DNA of 64,000 nt, from positions 640,001-704,000 of the forward strand of contig CAVXXK010000001.1 in the NCBI GenBank assembly GCA_963765675.1, given 5' to 3'. The notes beneath the pieces are model-generated. The model was not told the DNA's origin. It was given only the letters and a program-made list of their open reading frames with translations, and searched no databases. This DNA is from an uncultured delta proteobacterium (lineage in GTDB: Bacteria > Desulfobacterota > Binatia > Binatales > Binataceae). This document shows positions 20,641-30,805 of the stretch, in pieces; the stretch's first letter is position 1; each line of letters starts with the position of its first letter. Both the position numbers and the translations under genes were made by a program.

Positions 20641-21831
20641 ATGAGTGCGTCAGAGAAAACGAAATCCGAGCCGACGCGCCGCGTCCAGTTCGCGTTCACG
20701 GACGAACAGGAACAGTTCCGCTCGGCGTTGCGGCGATTTCTGAATGATAAATCGCCGACCACCGAGGTTCGCCGCCTGATGGCCACCGCCGAGGGTTACA
20801 ACCCCGACGTGTGGCGCCAGTTGAGCGAGGAACTCGCACTGCCCGGGATCCAGATTCCGGAGCAATACGGCGGCGCGGGGTTCGGCATGGTCGAGCTGTG
20901 TATCGTTACCGAGGAGCTCGGCCGCGCATTGCTGTGCGCGCCCTATTTCTCCACCACGGTACTCGCGGCCAACGCGATACTGAACGCGGGAACCGAAGCG
21001 CAGAAATCGACCTTGTTGCCGGACCTTGCCAGCGGCGCGCGGCTTGCGACGCTCGCGGTCACCGAGCCAAGCGGCAACTGGGATCCGCGTGCGATCGAAC
21101 TCGTCGCTACGCCGGTCGCTGACGGCTATCTTCTTGACGGAACCAAAAGCTACGTCGTCGATGGGCACGTGGCCGATCTGCTGATCGTCGCCGCGCGTGT
21201 CGGCGCGAAAGGCGGCGATGAGGGTTTGGCGCTATTCACCCTCGCCGCGGATTCGACTGGCGTTGAACGGCGCCTGCTGGAATCGATGGATCCGACGCGC
21301 AAGATCGCGCGGATCGATTTTCATCGCGCACATGCGGAGCTACTCGGCAGTCCGGATGACGGCGGAAAGGCGATTATCCGTACGCTCGACCAGGCGGCCA
21401 TCGCGCTGGCGAATGAAATGGTCGGCGGCGCGCAGGCGATGCTCGAGTCGGCGGTGGATTACGCGAAGCTGCGAGTTCAGTTCGGGCGAACGATCGGTTC
21501 GTTCCAGGCGATCAAGCATAGATGCGCTGACATGCTGCTCGATGTCGAGCTTGCCAAGTCGGCCGCATACTACGGCGCGCAAGCCGCCGCGATCGACGAT
21601 CCGGAGTGGCCCGCGATGGCATCGCTGGCGAAAGCCGCGGCGTCGGATACCTACCTCCGCACTGCTGCCGAATGCATCCAGATTCACGGCGGTATCGGCT
21701 TCACCTGGGACAATGACACGCATCTCTGGTTCAAACGCGCCAAAAGCTCCGAGGTGTTTCTCGGCCAACCGCATTATCATCGGGAACTCCTGATGCAACG
21801 CTGGGGAGTTTGCCCTGGGGAGTCAGAGTGA
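20641..21831 (+). CDS. Acyl-CoA dehydrogenase (probable non-catalytic subunit of a heteromeric pair)
   Basis: EQYGGAG, RVQFGRTIGSFQAIKH, IQIHGGIGFTW; stop overlaps the next start. Confidence 0.88.
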   Translation: MSASEKTKSEPTRRVQFAFTDEQEQFRSALRRFLNDKSPTTEVRRLMATAEGYNPDVWRQLSEELALPGIQIPEQYGGAGFGMVELCIVTEELGRALLCAPYFSTTVLAANAILNAGTEAQKSTLLPDLASGARLATLAVTEPSGNWDPRAIELVATPVADGYLLDGTKSYVVDGHVADLLIVAARVGAKGGDEGLALFTLAADSTGVERRLLESMDPTRKIARIDFHRAHAELLGSPDDGGKAIIRTLDQAAIALANEMVGGAQAMLESAVDYAKLRVQFGRTIGSFQAIKHRCADMLLDVELAKSAAYYGAQAAAIDDPEWPAMASLAKAAASDTYLRTAAECIQIHGGIGFTWDNDTHLWFKRAKSSEVFLGQPHYHRELLMQRWGVCPGESE

Positions 21832-23075
21832 TGAGCAAGATCAGCGAAAGCGAAGTGCGAGCCGAGGTGCGTGCGTGGCTCGCGGCCAACTGGGATCCCG
21901 AGATGTCGCTCGTGACTTGGCGCAACAAGCTCGCCGATTCCGGCTGGGGGATGCCGCAATGGCCGGAGGCATGGTATGGCCGCGGCCTGCCTGTAGCCCT
22001 CGCGCGCGTGGTCGAGGAGGAATTTGCGGCGGTGGGTGCGGTCGGCGCCGCGAAAACCGGAGTCCGGCTGCTGGCGGCGGCGACGCTGCTCGAGCATGGA
22101 TCGGATGCGCAGAAAAAAAAGCTCCTGCGCCGCATCCTCACCGGTGAAGACAACTGGTGCCAGCTTTTCAGCGAGCCGGGCAGCGGCTCTGACCTCGCCG
22201 GAGCTACCACCCGGGCCGAATTGGTGGGCGACCATTGGATCGTCAACGGACAGAAGGTGTGGACCACGAGCGCGCATCATGCCGACCACGGCCTGTTGCT
22301 CGCCCGGACCGACTGGGACGCGCCCAAGCACGAGGGGCTGTCGTATTTTGTGATCGACATCAAACAGCCCGGCGTAGACGTGCAGCCGCTCAAGCAGATG
22401 AACGGGCACGCGTCGTTCAACCAGGTGTTCTTCACCGACGCGACGATTCCGGCCGAGAACCTGGTCGGCGGCGTCGGCGACGGCTGGAAGATCGCGATGA
22501 CGACGCTCGCGCACGAACGTCGCGGCGCCGACGGGCTGAGCTCGCCGTCACGGCGCAAGGCGCGCACCGGACGGATCCACGCCGAGGAGCGGGCGGAGCT
22601 CGAAATCGCGAACCAGCCTTACACCTGGTATCCGCAGCGCGCGGGCCGCGTGGACCTGGTGATCGAGCGCGCCAAGGAGACCGGCGCGAACAAGGATCCG
22701 GTCGTGCGCCAGGAGATCGCCAAGCTGATGATCATGGCGAAGTCCGCCGAATGGACCGCGCGCCGCGCGCGCGCCGCCCAGCAACAAGGGCGTCCGCAGG
22801 GTCCGGAAGGTTCGCTCGGAAAGCTCGCCGCCAGCAACGTCGCGCGCGCCGCCGCCCGCGTGCATACGATGATCACCGGCGCCGCGGCGATGCTCACCGG
22901 GCCGAAGAGCCCGCGCGACGGAATCATCGCGGAGATTCTGGTCTCGGTGCCCGCGGTCTCGATCGCCGGAGGCACCGACGAGATTCAGCGCAACATTATC
23001 GCCGAGCGCGTGCTCGCCTTACCCAAGGAACCGCGTTTCGACACCGGCCCATTCCGCAACGTGCGCAAGAACTAA
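21831..23075 (+). CDS. Acyl-CoA dehydrogenase (probable catalytic subunit of a heteromeric pair)
   Basis: WCQLFSEPGSGSDLA, NGQKVWT, IAGGTDEIQRN. Confidence 0.9.
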   Translation: MSKISESEVRAEVRAWLAANWDPEMSLVTWRNKLADSGWGMPQWPEAWYGRGLPVALARVVEEEFAAVGAVGAAKTGVRLLAAATLLEHGSDAQKKKLLRRILTGEDNWCQLFSEPGSGSDLAGATTRAELVGDHWIVNGQKVWTTSAHHADHGLLLARTDWDAPKHEGLSYFVIDIKQPGVDVQPLKQMNGHASFNQVFFTDATIPAENLVGGVGDGWKIAMTTLAHERRGADGLSSPSRRKARTGRIHAEERAELEIANQPYTWYPQRAGRVDLVIERAKETGANKDPVVRQEIAKLMIMAKSAEWTARRARAAQQQGRPQGPEGSLGKLAASNVARAAARVHTMITGAAAMLTGPKSPRDGIIAEILVSVPAVSIAGGTDEIQRNIIAERVLALPKEPRFDTGPFRNVRKN

Positions 23076-23110
23076 CCGCGCTCTGACGCGATTTGCCCGC
23101 GGAGCAAGCC

Positions 23111-24010
23111 ATGGCGCATAGCGAACAGCCGATCGTCGCAATGATCGGTGCGGGCGAAATGGGAGCGGCTGTAGGACGGCGGCTCAAGCTGCGCGGAGCG
23201 CACGTTCTGATTTCTGTCAAAGGGCGCAGTTCCGAGAGCGAACGGCGAGTGCGCCGCGCGGGGCTGGAGATCGTCGATGACGACGCGGCGCTCGTGCGCA
23301 ACGCGGACTTCGTGCTGTCGATCGTGCCGCCGGGAGTGGCGGTCGAAATCGCGCGGCGCTATCGAGGCGCGCTCGACGCGGCCGCGAAAAATCCGATCTT
23401 CGCCGATTGCAACGCGATTTCACCGGCGACCGCGCGCCGTATCGGCGAGGTCCTTTCAGGATGCAAGTGCCGTTACGTCGATGCGGGAATAATCGGAGGT
23501 CCGCCGCCTGAAGATCTGAACGCCGCCGGCCCGCGCTTTTATGCGTCGGGGGGCCACGCCCGCGACTTCGCAGATCTCGCGCGCTTTGGACTGGACATCG
23601 CGGTGCTCGACGGTCCGATCGGCGCGGCCTCGGGTCTGAAGCTCAGCTATGCCGGCCTGACCAAGGGCAGCATCGCGCTGGGCGCGGCGATGATCGCCGC
23701 CGCCTCGCGCGACGGACTTGCCGACGCGCTGCGGGACGAGCTCGCACGCAGCCAGCCACAGATACTCGGCCGGCTTGCGCGCCAGGTTCCCGCGATGTTC
23801 CCGAAGGCACATCGATGGGTTGCCGAGATGAGAGAGATCGCGGAATTTCTGGATGGCGACGATCGCGGCGCAATGATCTACGAAGGCGCCGCCCGCCTGT
23901 ACGATCGAATCGCCGCGGAGAATTCGCACGACGAACAAGCCGAGGGCATCCGCGCGCTCGCGGACTTCTGCTCCACCGCGATCGAGTCAACGCGCAAATC
24001 GCCGAAATAG
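23111..24010 (+). CDS. NAD(P)-dependent oxidoreductase with DUF1932 (6PGD-like)
   Basis: IGAGEMG, DCNAISP, VDAGIIGGPP, GLTKG, RWVAEMREIA. Confidence 0.85.
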   Translation: MAHSEQPIVAMIGAGEMGAAVGRRLKLRGAHVLISVKGRSSESERRVRRAGLEIVDDDAALVRNADFVLSIVPPGVAVEIARRYRGALDAAAKNPIFADCNAISPATARRIGEVLSGCKCRYVDAGIIGGPPPEDLNAAGPRFYASGGHARDFADLARFGLDIAVLDGPIGAASGLKLSYAGLTKGSIALGAAMIAAASRDGLADALRDELARSQPQILGRLARQVPAMFPKAHRWVAEMREIAEFLDGDDRGAMIYEGAARLYDRIAAENSHDEQAEGIRALADFCSTAIESTRKSPK

Positions 24011-24023
24011 AATTTTTAGAAGC

Positions 24024-24782
24024 CTATTTTCCTTTCCAATTCGGTTGCCGCTTCTGGGCGAACGCGAGGCCGCCCTCGCGCGAGTCTTCGGTCTTTAGCA
24101 GCAGCTCGTATCCCTCGCGCTCGAGGCGCAGGCCTTCGGCGAGCGGGAGGTCGAGACCGCGCATCGCCACGCGCTTGATTTGCTGCACGGCCAGCGGTGC
24201 CGATTTGCAGATCTCTCCCGCAATCTCGTCGCACTTGATCATGAGCTGGTTCATCGGAACGACGTGATCAACCAGGCCGAGCCGCAGCGCTTCATGGGCG
24301 TCGATTCGATTGCCGGTGTATAGCATCTGCAGCGCGCGTCCGAGCGGAATCAGCCGCGGCAGACGCTGAGTACCTCCGCCACCGGGCAGCCATCCTAGCC
24401 GAACTTCTCCGAAACCGAACTGCGCATGCTCGGCCGCGACGCGAATGTCGCAGGCGAGGGCCTGCTCGAGGCCGCCGCCGTTGGCGTGGCCGTTGATCGC
24501 CGCGATTACGGGCTTATGCAGTTCGAGCATCACGGGAAACGGCGACTTTCCCACGGCTTTGCCGCGTCCTTCGACGTAGTTCGATTTCACGTCGCTGCCG
24601 GCGCAGAATGCCCGCTCGCCCGCACCGGTCAGAATCGCGACCAGCAGCTTCGGGTCGTCGCGAAACTCGGTCCAGATTTCGGCCAGCCGATTGTAGGTTT
24701 CAAAATCGCAGGCGTTGAGCCGCTCCGGGCGATTGATCGTAACGCGCGCGATCGGGCCGTCTTTGTCGAAAATCACCTTCAT
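24024..24782 (-). CDS. Enoyl-CoA hydratase/isomerase
   Basis: FCAGSD, AAINGHANGGG, GGGGTQRLPR. Confidence 0.92.
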   Translation of the reverse strand: MKVIFDKDGPIARVTINRPERLNACDFETYNRLAEIWTEFRDDPKLLVAILTGAGERAFCAGSDVKSNYVEGRGKAVGKSPFPVMLELHKPVIAAINGHANGGGLEQALACDIRVAAEHAQFGFGEVRLGWLPGGGGTQRLPRLIPLGRALQMLYTGNRIDAHEALRLGLVDHVVPMNQLMIKCDEIAGEICKSAPLAVQQIKRVAMRGLDLPLAEGLRLEREGYELLLKTEDSREGGLAFAQKRQPNWKGK

Positions 24783-24817
24783 CGAAATATTCCTTGAATT
24801 GCTCCTCGGCTCGCCAC

Positions 24818-26011
24818 TCAGCTCGATTCAGACGAGCCCAGCACTTCGGTCAATCCGAACGCGCTGCGGCCGAGAAATTCGAGGCTCTCGTCGCTGTCGA
24901 GCGGATGATAAAGGCCGGCGCGCACGTCGCGAAACAGACGCTCGAGCGGCAGACGCTTGAAGTACGACGCGCCGCCGACGGCGCGCAGGGCCAGATCCAC
25001 CACCCGCACCGAATTTTCCACCGCGATCATGCGGGCGGCCACCGCCTTGCGCGACCAGCTTACCGGATCGTCGCGATCGACTTCCGCCGCCGCCTTCCAC
25101 ATCGCGGCGCGCGCGCCTTCGATCAGGAGATCCATCTCGCCGACCTTGTTGTAGACACTCGGCAGATGGCTCATCGGATGCTTGAGCGGGTAGCGTTTGC
25201 GATCGCGCATGAACTCGACGGTGAAATTGCGCGCGGCGAGCGCGATTCCAATATACGGCGCGCCGATCGCGAACGGCGCCTTGGCGAATACCTTGGTGAC
25301 GCGGCCGCTGCGGGAAACCGGCCGCTGCAACACCACCGCGGACTCCGGCACAAACGCGTCGATCAGCTCCGAGCTGCGCGACTGGGTCGATCGCATCCCC
25401 ATCACGTCCCAATCATCCTTGAACGAGAGTCCCGGCGTCTCGCGCGGCGCGACGTAGCAGGTGATGATTGCCGCGCGCTCGGGCGCGTCGTCCCATACGG
25501 CCTCGAAAAAGAATAGATCCGCCGCGATACTCTGGGTGCCGAAGATCTTGCGCCCGTTGACGATCCATCCGCCCTCGACGCGGCGCGCGGCGGTGCGCGG
25601 ACGGAGATTGATCACCGCGTTGTCGGGCTCCGAGCCCGAGCCGGCGCAAATCAGGCGCTCCTTCACGATCCGGTAGAGCTTCTCTTCGACGTTGGGAGCC
25701 TTGAACTTGCGATACAGGTCGCACAGCAATCCCACCGTGTTGAAATGCATGTTGATCGCAAGCGCGGTCGCGCCGCATCCTTCAGCCAGTCGTTCCTGCG
25801 CCTTGATTCGCTCGAGCAGCGTCGCGCCCATCCCGCCGAATTTTTCCGGAATGGTGAGTATCGTGTAGCCGCTGTCCTTGAGCCGCGCGTAGTTCTCGTG
25901 CGGAAACGACGCGTCCCGATCGTGCTCGGCCGCGCGCGTGGCGAAATCGTCGGCGAGGCCGGCGGCGAGATCGATGAAGCGCTGCTCGCGTTCGGTATTG
26001 ATCTGGTTCAT
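24818..26011 (-). CDS. Acyl-CoA dehydrogenase-like protein (DszC/SfnB-like)
   Basis: IPEKFGGMG, NGRKIF, DWDVMGMRST, PLERLFRDVR. Confidence 0.85.
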   Translation of the reverse strand: MNQINTEREQRFIDLAAGLADDFATRAAEHDRDASFPHENYARLKDSGYTILTIPEKFGGMGATLLERIKAQERLAEGCGATALAINMHFNTVGLLCDLYRKFKAPNVEEKLYRIVKERLICAGSGSEPDNAVINLRPRTAARRVEGGWIVNGRKIFGTQSIAADLFFFEAVWDDAPERAAIITCYVAPRETPGLSFKDDWDVMGMRSTQSRSSELIDAFVPESAVVLQRPVSRSGRVTKVFAKAPFAIGAPYIGIALAARNFTVEFMRDRKRYPLKHPMSHLPSVYNKVGEMDLLIEGARAAMWKAAAEVDRDDPVSWSRKAVAARMIAVENSVRVVDLALRAVGGASYFKRLPLERLFRDVRAGLYHPLDSDESLEFLGRSAFGLTEVLGSSESS

Positions 26012-26020
26012 CGCGTCGCC

Positions 26021-26878
26021 TCAGGACCAGGCGTCGTGGCCGGGCATATAGTTCATATTGTTCTGCGACGGATTGCGGTTCACGAGCGGGCGCATGAACA
26101 ACGGATGGCGCATGCTGCGCACCTCGTGCTCGATCGTGAAAAGCGCCGAACCGGTTTCCGGGTCGGTGATATCCTTGAATCGATACTGATGCTGGTCACT
26201 CTCCTCGCTGACAAGACCGTGCTCCTTGAGTGCTCGATGCGGTCCGGAAAAATCGGCGACGTAAACCTGCACATGATGGCCGTCGTAAGCGGGTATCTCG
26301 CGTTCGGTTTCGCGAAAGATGAACTGTTGCCCGATTCCGACCGGCACTTGCGCGTGCCGTCGACCGCGGTCTTCCGCGCTCGTCGCCGGGGCGCGCATGG
26401 TCTGGCGATAAAACCGCGCGATCCCGTCGGCTGTGCCCTCGGGAACGGTGAACTCGACATACGCGATGCCGAGCCGCATCGCGCCGTTATTTGATTCGGG
26501 GAAATGGCATCGGATCCGGTTACCCCACGGACATATCGTATCGACGAACGATTCGTGTTCGTGAAAATCGAAACGCGTGCCGTCGAGCCTCTTGCGCAAA
26601 CGGGTAAGCCGCCTCACCAGCGCCTCGCGATCGGGCAGCACAAGACCCACGTGGCCGCGCAGCACCTGCGCCGGACCGGTAGGCAGATGGAACTGGCTGC
26701 GCCCGACATTGACCCACATATTGCTGACGCTGGTCATCAGGTAGGGGTCGCGGGTCAGCCCGAGTCCGGCGATGTAGTACAAAGTGGCGAGCTGCTGATC
26801 AGGAGCGGTGACGTTGACGTGCTCGAGCGCAACGATGTTGCCGAGATCCTCGGCGGCTCGATCGAATTGACCGTCCAT
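26021..26878 (-). CDS. VOC/glyoxalase-like hypothetical protein
   Basis: LEHVN, QFHLP, GHVGL, YDGHHVQVY; GGAGG RBS before the ATG at 26878. Confidence 0.7.
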   Translation of the reverse strand: MDGQFDRAAEDLGNIVALEHVNVTAPDQQLATLYYIAGLGLTRDPYLMTSVSNMWVNVGRSQFHLPTGPAQVLRGHVGLVLPDREALVRRLTRLRKRLDGTRFDFHEHESFVDTICPWGNRIRCHFPESNNGAMRLGIAYVEFTVPEGTADGIARFYRQTMRAPATSAEDRGRRHAQVPVGIGQQFIFRETEREIPAYDGHHVQVYVADFSGPHRALKEHGLVSEESDQHQYRFKDITDPETGSALFTIEHEVRSMRHPLFMRPLVNRNPSQNNMNYMPGHDAWS

Positions 26879-27033
26879 GTGCCTTCCTCCAATCGCGCGG
26901 CGGGCGCGGGGTATCATCAGAGCGGATTTACCACGAAGAGCGGCGGCGCGTCGAAGGGCGCGTCGCTCAGAATGGATCACCCCAATCGGCAGCTGGTCGT
27001 CCTGTCCAGCCGGGCGAGGCATAATCTGGCGTC

Positions 27034-28848
27034 ATGCAGACTATGAATGCGGTCCAGGCTGAGCCGCTTCTGATCTATGACGGTGATTGCGGGTTCTGCA
27101 TTTACTGGGTGCGGTATTGGCAGAAACTCACCGGCGATAAGGTGGCATACGCGCCGTACCAGGAAGTTGCCGCACAATATCCAGATATCCCGGTGGCCGC
27201 GTTCCAGCGTGCCGTTCAATACGTTGCGGCGGACGGAAAAATCGCGAGCGGCGCCGAAGCCTGTTTCCTTGTCTTGAGCCACGCGAACGGCAAAAAGGTC
27301 TGGCTGGCGCTTTATCGGCATCTTCCAGGGTTCGCTGCGATCGCCGAGCGCTCGTACGCTTTTGCCGCTTCGCATCGTTCCGCGTTTTACCGGCCGAGCC
27401 TATGGCTATGGGGATCGGATCATGAGCCGGCGCGTTTCGATCTGATCGCGTGGCTGTTCCTGCGAGCGATGGGGCTAATCTATTTTGCGGCCTTTGTTTC
27501 ATTCGGCGTGCAGGCGTTGGGACTGATCGGCAGCCACGGCATCCTGCCGCTGTCCGAATTCACCGCCGCCGTCCGAAGCCAGCTCGGCCCGGAAGGCTAC
27601 TGGCGATTTCCGATGGTGTTCTGGCTCGGCCAGAGCGATTTTGCGATCCAGGCGATATGCTGGACTGGAGCCGCGTTGTCGCTGTTGCTGATTTTCAACC
27701 TGCTGCCGCGTTTGAGCCTGTTCTTTCTCTACGCATTTTATCTCTCTCTGTTTTACGCCGGACAGATCTTCATGGGCTTTCAGTGGGACGTGCTGCTGCT
27801 CGAGTCCGGCTTCCTTGCGCTTATTCTGAGCTTCGCGACCGAGCCGGGCATATGGCTGCTGCGCTGGCTCTTGTTCCGTTTCATGTTTCTTTCGGGTGCG
27901 GTCAAGCTTCTGAGCCGCGACCCCACTTGGGCTAATCTCTCGGCGCTCTCCTATTATTTTCAGACCGAGCCGCTGCCGACGCCGCTCGCCTGGTACGCGC
28001 ATCACCTGCCGCACGCCATCCTCAGCGCGGCAACGGTGGCGACCTTTATCATTGAACTGGGACTCCCGTTCCTGATCTTCTTTCCGCGGCGGCTCAAGTT
28101 CGTCGCGGCGTTCGGCATCCTGTTGCTGCAGGTCGTGATCCTCCTGACGGGCAACTACGCTTTTTTCAATCTTCTGACGATGGCCTTGTGCCTGGTGCTG
28201 TTTGATGACGCCGCGATACGCAAGGTTCTTCCGGATCGCCTGACGCGATTCGTGCGCGCGCGCGTCCGGGATATCCAGCCGGGAAAGATTGTTTCTTTTG
28301 CCGCCGGAGCGTTCGCGCTGTTAATTGTGTTCGTGAGCTTGGTCCAGATTCACGCCGTGTTCGGCGGACGAAGCTCCGCTGCGGCCGACTGGATCAAAGA
28401 CGAAATTGCGCCATTCCGGATCGTCAATACCTACGGCTTGTTCGCGGTGATGACGACCGCGCGGCCGGAAATTATCGTCGAGGGTTCGGGTGATGCCGTT
28501 CACTGGCGCGAATACTCATTCAAGTACAAACCGGGCGACGTCATGCGAAGACCGCGATGGAACTTTCCGCATCAACCGCGACTCGACTGGCAGATGTGGT
28601 TTGCCGCTTTAGGGACGGAATCGGAAAGCCCCTGGTTCTCGATGTTCTTGCAGCGGTTGCTGGAAAATTCGCCGGAGGTGACGGCTCTACTCGGCAACAA
28701 TCCGTTCCCTCACAATCCTCCTCGCTATGTCCGGGCGTTGCTGTACGACTATCGTTATTCCAGCCCTAAAGAAAAAGAAGACACGGGAGCGTGGTGGGTG
28801 CGGCAGCCGGAAGGAATTTATTTTCCCGCGATCGGTCTGGGATCGTAA
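27034..28848 (+). CDS. Lipase maturation factor family membrane protein with N-terminal DCC thiol-disulfide domain
   Basis: LIYDGDCGFC; FQWDVLLLESG, SGAVK, QTEPLP, TGNYAFFN, YGLFAVMT, HQPRLDWQMWFAAL. Confidence 0.92.
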   Translation: MQTMNAVQAEPLLIYDGDCGFCIYWVRYWQKLTGDKVAYAPYQEVAAQYPDIPVAAFQRAVQYVAADGKIASGAEACFLVLSHANGKKVWLALYRHLPGFAAIAERSYAFAASHRSAFYRPSLWLWGSDHEPARFDLIAWLFLRAMGLIYFAAFVSFGVQALGLIGSHGILPLSEFTAAVRSQLGPEGYWRFPMVFWLGQSDFAIQAICWTGAALSLLLIFNLLPRLSLFFLYAFYLSLFYAGQIFMGFQWDVLLLESGFLALILSFATEPGIWLLRWLLFRFMFLSGAVKLLSRDPTWANLSALSYYFQTEPLPTPLAWYAHHLPHAILSAATVATFIIELGLPFLIFFPRRLKFVAAFGILLLQVVILLTGNYAFFNLLTMALCLVLFDDAAIRKVLPDRLTRFVRARVRDIQPGKIVSFAAGAFALLIVFVSLVQIHAVFGGRSSAAADWIKDEIAPFRIVNTYGLFAVMTTARPEIIVEGSGDAVHWREYSFKYKPGDVMRRPRWNFPHQPRLDWQMWFAALGTESESPWFSMFLQRLLENSPEVTALLGNNPFPHNPPRYVRALLYDYRYSSPKEKEDTGAWWVRQPEGIYFPAIGLGS

Positions 28849-28896
28849 GTTCCCCTCGCTTCGAGGCGGTCGATTTTTTTCAAAACCTCCATTGTT

Positions 28897-29203
28897 GTCA
28901 TCCTGCCATGAAAGTGTGGGGCGACGAGTATCGCATTCTCCGCCGGGCCGATGATCGTCATTCGGAGCCCTGGGCGAGGAATCCCGAGGCGTCCATGCTC
29001 TGAGTCCACGCCTCACGCAGCGCCCTCTCGTTCGGGATTCCTCGCGCGGCAGCCACGCGCGGGAATGACAACGGGACCTGTTTTCGTAGGGGCGGCTCGC
29101 GAGCCGCCCGTCGTTCGCGCCGCCTCTCGCTACACGCTAACTTTCGTCCCGGGTGGCGGGTCCTCCGGACCCGCGAAGTTCTGAGCCGCATGCGAAGGAT
29201 GAC
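28897..29203. repeat. Mosaic intergenic cluster of REP-like palindromes
   Basis: CGTCATTC..GCGAGGAATCCCGA / TCGGGATTCCTCGC..GAATGAC; GTAG-GGGCGGCTC-GC-GAGCCGCCC; GCGGGTCC-TCC-GGACCCGC; outer GTCATCCT/AGGATGAC. Confidence 0.75.
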
Positions 29204-29232
29204 GGACAGGAATTCGGGATTTATCTACGGCA

Positions 29233-30108
29233 TCACTTCCCGAGTGGCGCTGAGTGAGTGGCGTCCCCGCCAGAGAGAAAGTGCAGCACCGCCTCGTTGA
29301 ACATGACCGGATCCTGAATGAACGCGAAATGGCTGACTCCGGGGAGGATCAGCTCGCCGGAACCGGGGATCAATCCGGCCATGTGATCAGGAGCCTCGCG
29401 CTTGATCGCCTCATCGTGATCCGCATCGACGATCCAGGTCGGCACCGTGATGTGGCTCAACTGATCGTCGGACAAATTCGGCTTGCCCGTCCACAATTGC
29501 TCGACGGTTGCGCGAAAAGCGTTGTACTGCGTGGGGGTCGGCGAGAGCTGCGCATACTCCGTCGCGGCACGCTCAAAAAAAGCGGTGAACACGGGGCTCT
29601 TGCTCAAATCCTTCACCTGCGACGGATCGGAATTGGCGGCAAAGGCGAACAGTCGCGTCACGCGCTCCGGATGATGAATTGCGATCTCGAGACCGATGAT
29701 CGCTCCGTCACTCCATCCGACCAGAGCGGCCTTGCGGATGTGCAGATAGTCCATCAAGCCGAGAACATCCGACGCCATCAGTTGATAGCGCAGCGGCGTG
29801 TCGCTTCGGGTGCTGCGTCCGTGTCCGCGGCTATCCAGGACGATCACGTGGTAGTGCTCGGCAAGGACCGGCACCTGCAATCCCCAGTAATTTGAATTCG
29901 CGAGGCCGCCGTGGACCAGGATGACCGGCTCGCCGTGGCCAAACTCCGCGTACCACAAGCGGATGCCGTTAACCGGCGCGATGCCGCTGGCCTCGGGCTT
30001 GGGCAGCGTCGGCGTCGGCGGCAGGCGCATCCACGGATATTGCGCGGCCGCGGGCCGCGCCACCGCGAGCGCAACAAACATCAAGAGGATAATAAAAAAA
30101 CGCCGCAT
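29233..30108 (-). CDS. Secreted alpha/beta hydrolase
   Basis: Signal peptide MRRFFIILL...AAA; HGGL, DSRGHGRS, GWSDG, SHF. Confidence 0.88.
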   Translation of the reverse strand: MRRFFIILLMFVALAVARPAAAQYPWMRLPPTPTLPKPEASGIAPVNGIRLWYAEFGHGEPVILVHGGLANSNYWGLQVPVLAEHYHVIVLDSRGHGRSTRSDTPLRYQLMASDVLGLMDYLHIRKAALVGWSDGAIIGLEIAIHHPERVTRLFAFAANSDPSQVKDLSKSPVFTAFFERAATEYAQLSPTPTQYNAFRATVEQLWTGKPNLSDDQLSHITVPTWIVDADHDEAIKREAPDHMAGLIPGSGELILPGVSHFAFIQDPVMFNEAVLHFLSGGDATHSAPLGK

Positions 30109-30189
30109 TTGTGATCCACAACTAGCTACTACAAGCCCGTACTCACTGAAATGCTTTCGCATCGCTGAGACTCGTCGGTCCTGTCGTCA

Positions 30190-30510
30190 TCACTCGCTTC
30201 GCGCGCATTCGCATGCCTGGCAGACAACTATCAGCATCAGCGAACGATCGGCAATTGCAGGAAGATACCTAAGCCTGTTCCTCCAGTCGTCGAGACGCCC
30301 ATGTGCGGCATCTTCGTAGCTAGTGAGGAACCGCGCTGTATAGCGGTCGAATTCCGGATTCGGGACGAACCAGTCCCATCGAAACGCGCCAGCCTCGGAG
30401 CCTGGTTCGGACGCGAACCAAAAGTGAAGGATGCTTTCCACTCGCGACGCCGCATTGTGGCTGCTTTTCGGAGCTCCGCCCACGATGATAACTCGTTTCA
30501 ATTTCGACAA
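30190..30510 (-). pseudogene. Degraded DUF924-family fragment
   Basis: ILHFWF...WF...EFD....RF...YEDAAHGRLDDW resembles the DUF924 N-terminus, then similarity is lost. Confidence 0.55.
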
Positions 30511-30805
30511 GTGTGCGATTACTTACTACCCGTCCGACGGCTCAGAACTCTTGAGGGTTACGCCAATGACCGAGGCAATGGAGCCTGATGTTGCCTTCGT
30601 GGGCGGCTCGGCTACCCCGCTTAGAGAGGCCGCACATCGCGCGCAGAATCTGGCCTCAGGCGGATTATCGAAAGCGCACTTTTGGCATCGGCGTTTGAAG
30701 GGAGTTGCACATTGAATGCAAAAGCTTCGCCCCTTGGGGATTTTCAGTTGAGCAGCTCTCGCAGCGCATCGGGCGTTGCCAGGTCAGGGTTGTTGTTCGG
30801 GAACT

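Noticed and set aside
28687-29191. Several short ORFs in the LMF-hydrolase intergenic region
   Set aside because: They read through REP palindromes and have no RBS or protein motifs
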